A stretch of DNA of 64,000 nucleotides from an uncultured Gammaproteobacteria bacterium (GTDB lineage: Bacteria > Pseudomonadota > Gammaproteobacteria > Eutrophobiales > Eutrophobiaceae). The position numbers and the translations under genes were made by a program. The stretch is taken from positions 111,458 through 175,457 of the forward strand of contig CALKEZ010000017.1 of the NCBI GenBank assembly GCA_938084745.1, given 5' to 3'. This document shows, one piece after another, positions 62,448 through 64,000 of this stretch. Numbering within the stretch: the stretch's first letter is position 1; the number at the start of each line of letters is the position of its first letter. The notes beneath the pieces were generated by a model. The model had not been told where the DNA came from, ran no database searches, and worked only from the letters and a program-made list of their open reading frames with translations.

Positions 62448-63938
62448 ATGACACAAATATTCAGTGACGATGAACTAAAACAATTCAAATATGCACAGAC
62501 AGATGCATTTCGTTCTCCTGTCCCCACACAAATTATCTCCAATGGTGAGTTTAATCCTTCGCCGCAAACCGAGCAGCAATTAAAGGTTGAAGCCAGAATC
62601 AAGCAAATGGCAGACGAGCTTGGTAAAAAACAAGGGTTAAATCGACGTCAATTCCTAACCAGTGCTGCAGGTATGGCCGCCGCTTTTTTGGCAATGAACG
62701 AAGTCTTTGGCCCTACAGTTGTGGTTAACGCGGCCGAAGTTGCTGAGCCCGATCGTGCTCTGGCACGAGCAGACTCACTCAAAGATCAATTTATTTTTGA
62801 TGATCAGGTGCATTTTGTGCACGATAATTACACACACGATGGCTTGTTGGATCTCGCTCGCTATGCTGCAGCGCACTGGAATCCGGATTTACCAAAGGAT
62901 CAATTATCGCTAACCCAATACAAATTTCAGAATTTTATCCATGAAATCTTCTTAAATAGCGATACCAAAATTGCATTACTGAGTGGTGCGCCGTTTGATA
63001 ATCCTGATTGGTGGATGTTGCCGAATGAGCAGATCAGGGATGCCGTTAATACCGTTAACAAGATGGCGGGAACCCGGCGCATGTATGGTCATTTTGTCAT
63101 TACGCCAAAGCAAGACGGTTGGCTGGATAAAGTGACTGAAGTATTGGAAAGTGGTCACGTCGATTCCTGGAAATCCTACACCATCGGTGATCCGTTCACA
63201 CCAACCACCAAGTACCCCTGGCGGCTGGATGATGAAGATTTAATGTATCCTTTTTACGAAAAGGCAATCAAAGCAGGGGTTAATAATCTCGCGATTCATA
63301 AAGGTTTACTGCCAGCTGACTATGAAACCAGCTGGCCTGAAGTGTGGAAACATGCGACTGCCTGGGATATTGGTAAAGCCGCAAAAGATTGGCCAGAAAT
63401 GAATTTTATTATCTACCATTCAGCCTTACGCCCGGCCTTTGAATCACCGGATCAGGCCTTGGCCGAGTTTGAAAAAACAGGCGAAATGAAGTGGGCCAGC
63501 GATCTTGCGCGAATACCGGAAAAGTATGGTGTGACTAATGTTTATGCCGAGTTGGGTACCTGCTTTGCGAATTCAGCAACAACTAATCCGCGCTTTGCTG
63601 CTGCCTTGTTAGGCACCTTGATCAAGGGGCTGGGCGTAGATCATATTGTCTGGGGCACAGACTCGGTTTTTTATGGATCGCCACAATGGCAGATTGAGGC
63701 GTTACGGCGACTGGAAATCCCCGAGGAGATGCAGAAAAAACATGGCTTTGCACCACTTGGACCAGCGGATGGACCCGTGAAAAATACGATCTTTGGCTTG
63801 AACTCGGCAAAGCTTTATAAACTGGACCCGGTGACGGCAATGCAGGCAGTAAATAACGATGCTCTAACGCGTTTAAAACAGGAATATACAAATACAACAG
63901 CAGTGCGGGATAATGCGAGCTATGGTTATATAGTGTGA
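62448..63938 (+). CDS. Amidohydrolase-2 (PF04909-like) metal-dependent hydrolase with a twin-arginine signal
   Basis: Tat motif NRRQFLTSAAGMAAAFLA; …HFVHDNY… and …HKGL… metal-ligand-type motifs; AGGAG Shine-Dalgarno sequence before 62448. An alternative start at 62607 would place the Tat motif near the N-terminus. Confidence 0.65.
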   Translation: MTQIFSDDELKQFKYAQTDAFRSPVPTQIISNGEFNPSPQTEQQLKVEARIKQMADELGKKQGLNRRQFLTSAAGMAAAFLAMNEVFGPTVVVNAAEVAEPDRALARADSLKDQFIFDDQVHFVHDNYTHDGLLDLARYAAAHWNPDLPKDQLSLTQYKFQNFIHEIFLNSDTKIALLSGAPFDNPDWWMLPNEQIRDAVNTVNKMAGTRRMYGHFVITPKQDGWLDKVTEVLESGHVDSWKSYTIGDPFTPTTKYPWRLDDEDLMYPFYEKAIKAGVNNLAIHKGLLPADYETSWPEVWKHATAWDIGKAAKDWPEMNFIIYHSALRPAFESPDQALAEFEKTGEMKWASDLARIPEKYGVTNVYAELGTCFANSATTNPRFAAALLGTLIKGLGVDHIVWGTDSVFYGSPQWQIEALRRLEIPEEMQKKHGFAPLGPADGPVKNTIFGLNSAKLYKLDPVTAMQAVNNDALTRLKQEYTNTTAVRDNASYGYIV

Positions 63939-64000
63939 GATAGACTGTAAATTAAACACTAATTGAGGATTAAAATGATCGCCAATACTTAAAGATTGGC

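Overview
This 64 kb window looks like core chromosome from a marine gammaproteobacterial methylotroph (Methylophaga-like gene content, AT-rich intergenic regions), based on reading the translations and the DNA directly. No tRNA/rRNA genes, CRISPR arrays, integrases or IS elements were detected. Gene content in order:
- A complete pqqABCDE operon on the minus strand; pqqA was found by hand, is absent from the ORF track, and pqqE runs off the left edge.
- Divergently from pqqA, a tetrahydromethanopterin/methanofuran-type C1-cofactor biosynthesis cluster: a DHPS-like pterin-binding protein, a DUF447 protein, an MfnB-like aldolase and a pterin-4a-carbinolamine dehydratase-like protein.
- A large molybdenum-cofactor island (moaC, moaDE, moeA, mobBA, fdhD, moaA, with moaB further on), interrupted by an LhgO-like FAD oxidoreductase and small orphan ORFs.
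- A CYTH protein, ampG, a Tyr/Asn/Arg-rich secreted protein, an Rdx/SelW-like protein and an unusual PP2C phosphatase-TM-FGE(SUMF1) fusion.
- hrpA, then a CPA2 antiporter operon carrying a membrane protein and an AhpD-like/Rieske fusion.
- A MoxR-DUF58-TgpA module, a nitroreductase, a MATE transporter, yqjG (Xi-class GST), a UPF0316 protein, hslR and moaB.
- A lipoprotein plus phytase-like secreted pair, an RND efflux adaptor and pump, and an L,D-transpeptidase next to an Lpp-like lipoprotein.
- A class I/II aminotransferase, an HNH endonuclease, mazG, folE2, ispA and xseB.
- A rubrerythrin / GlpC-like Fe-S protein / DUF3501 trio.
- parE and parC.
- A glucosyl(mannosyl)glycerate-type cluster: HAD phosphatase, MpgS/GpgS-like synthase and a GH13_18 sucrose-phosphorylase-like enzyme.
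- A PQQ-dependent alcohol/methanol-dehydrogenase-family lipoprotein, a TPR protein and a Tat-secreted amidohydrolase.
Notable non-coding signals are a perfect 12+2+12 bp palindrome in the pqqA/C1-cofactor divergent promoter, hairpins between pqqA and pqqB, several rho-independent terminators, and a GC-rich multi-hairpin intergenic region. All functional calls come from motif and family recognition in the translations; no database searches were run.
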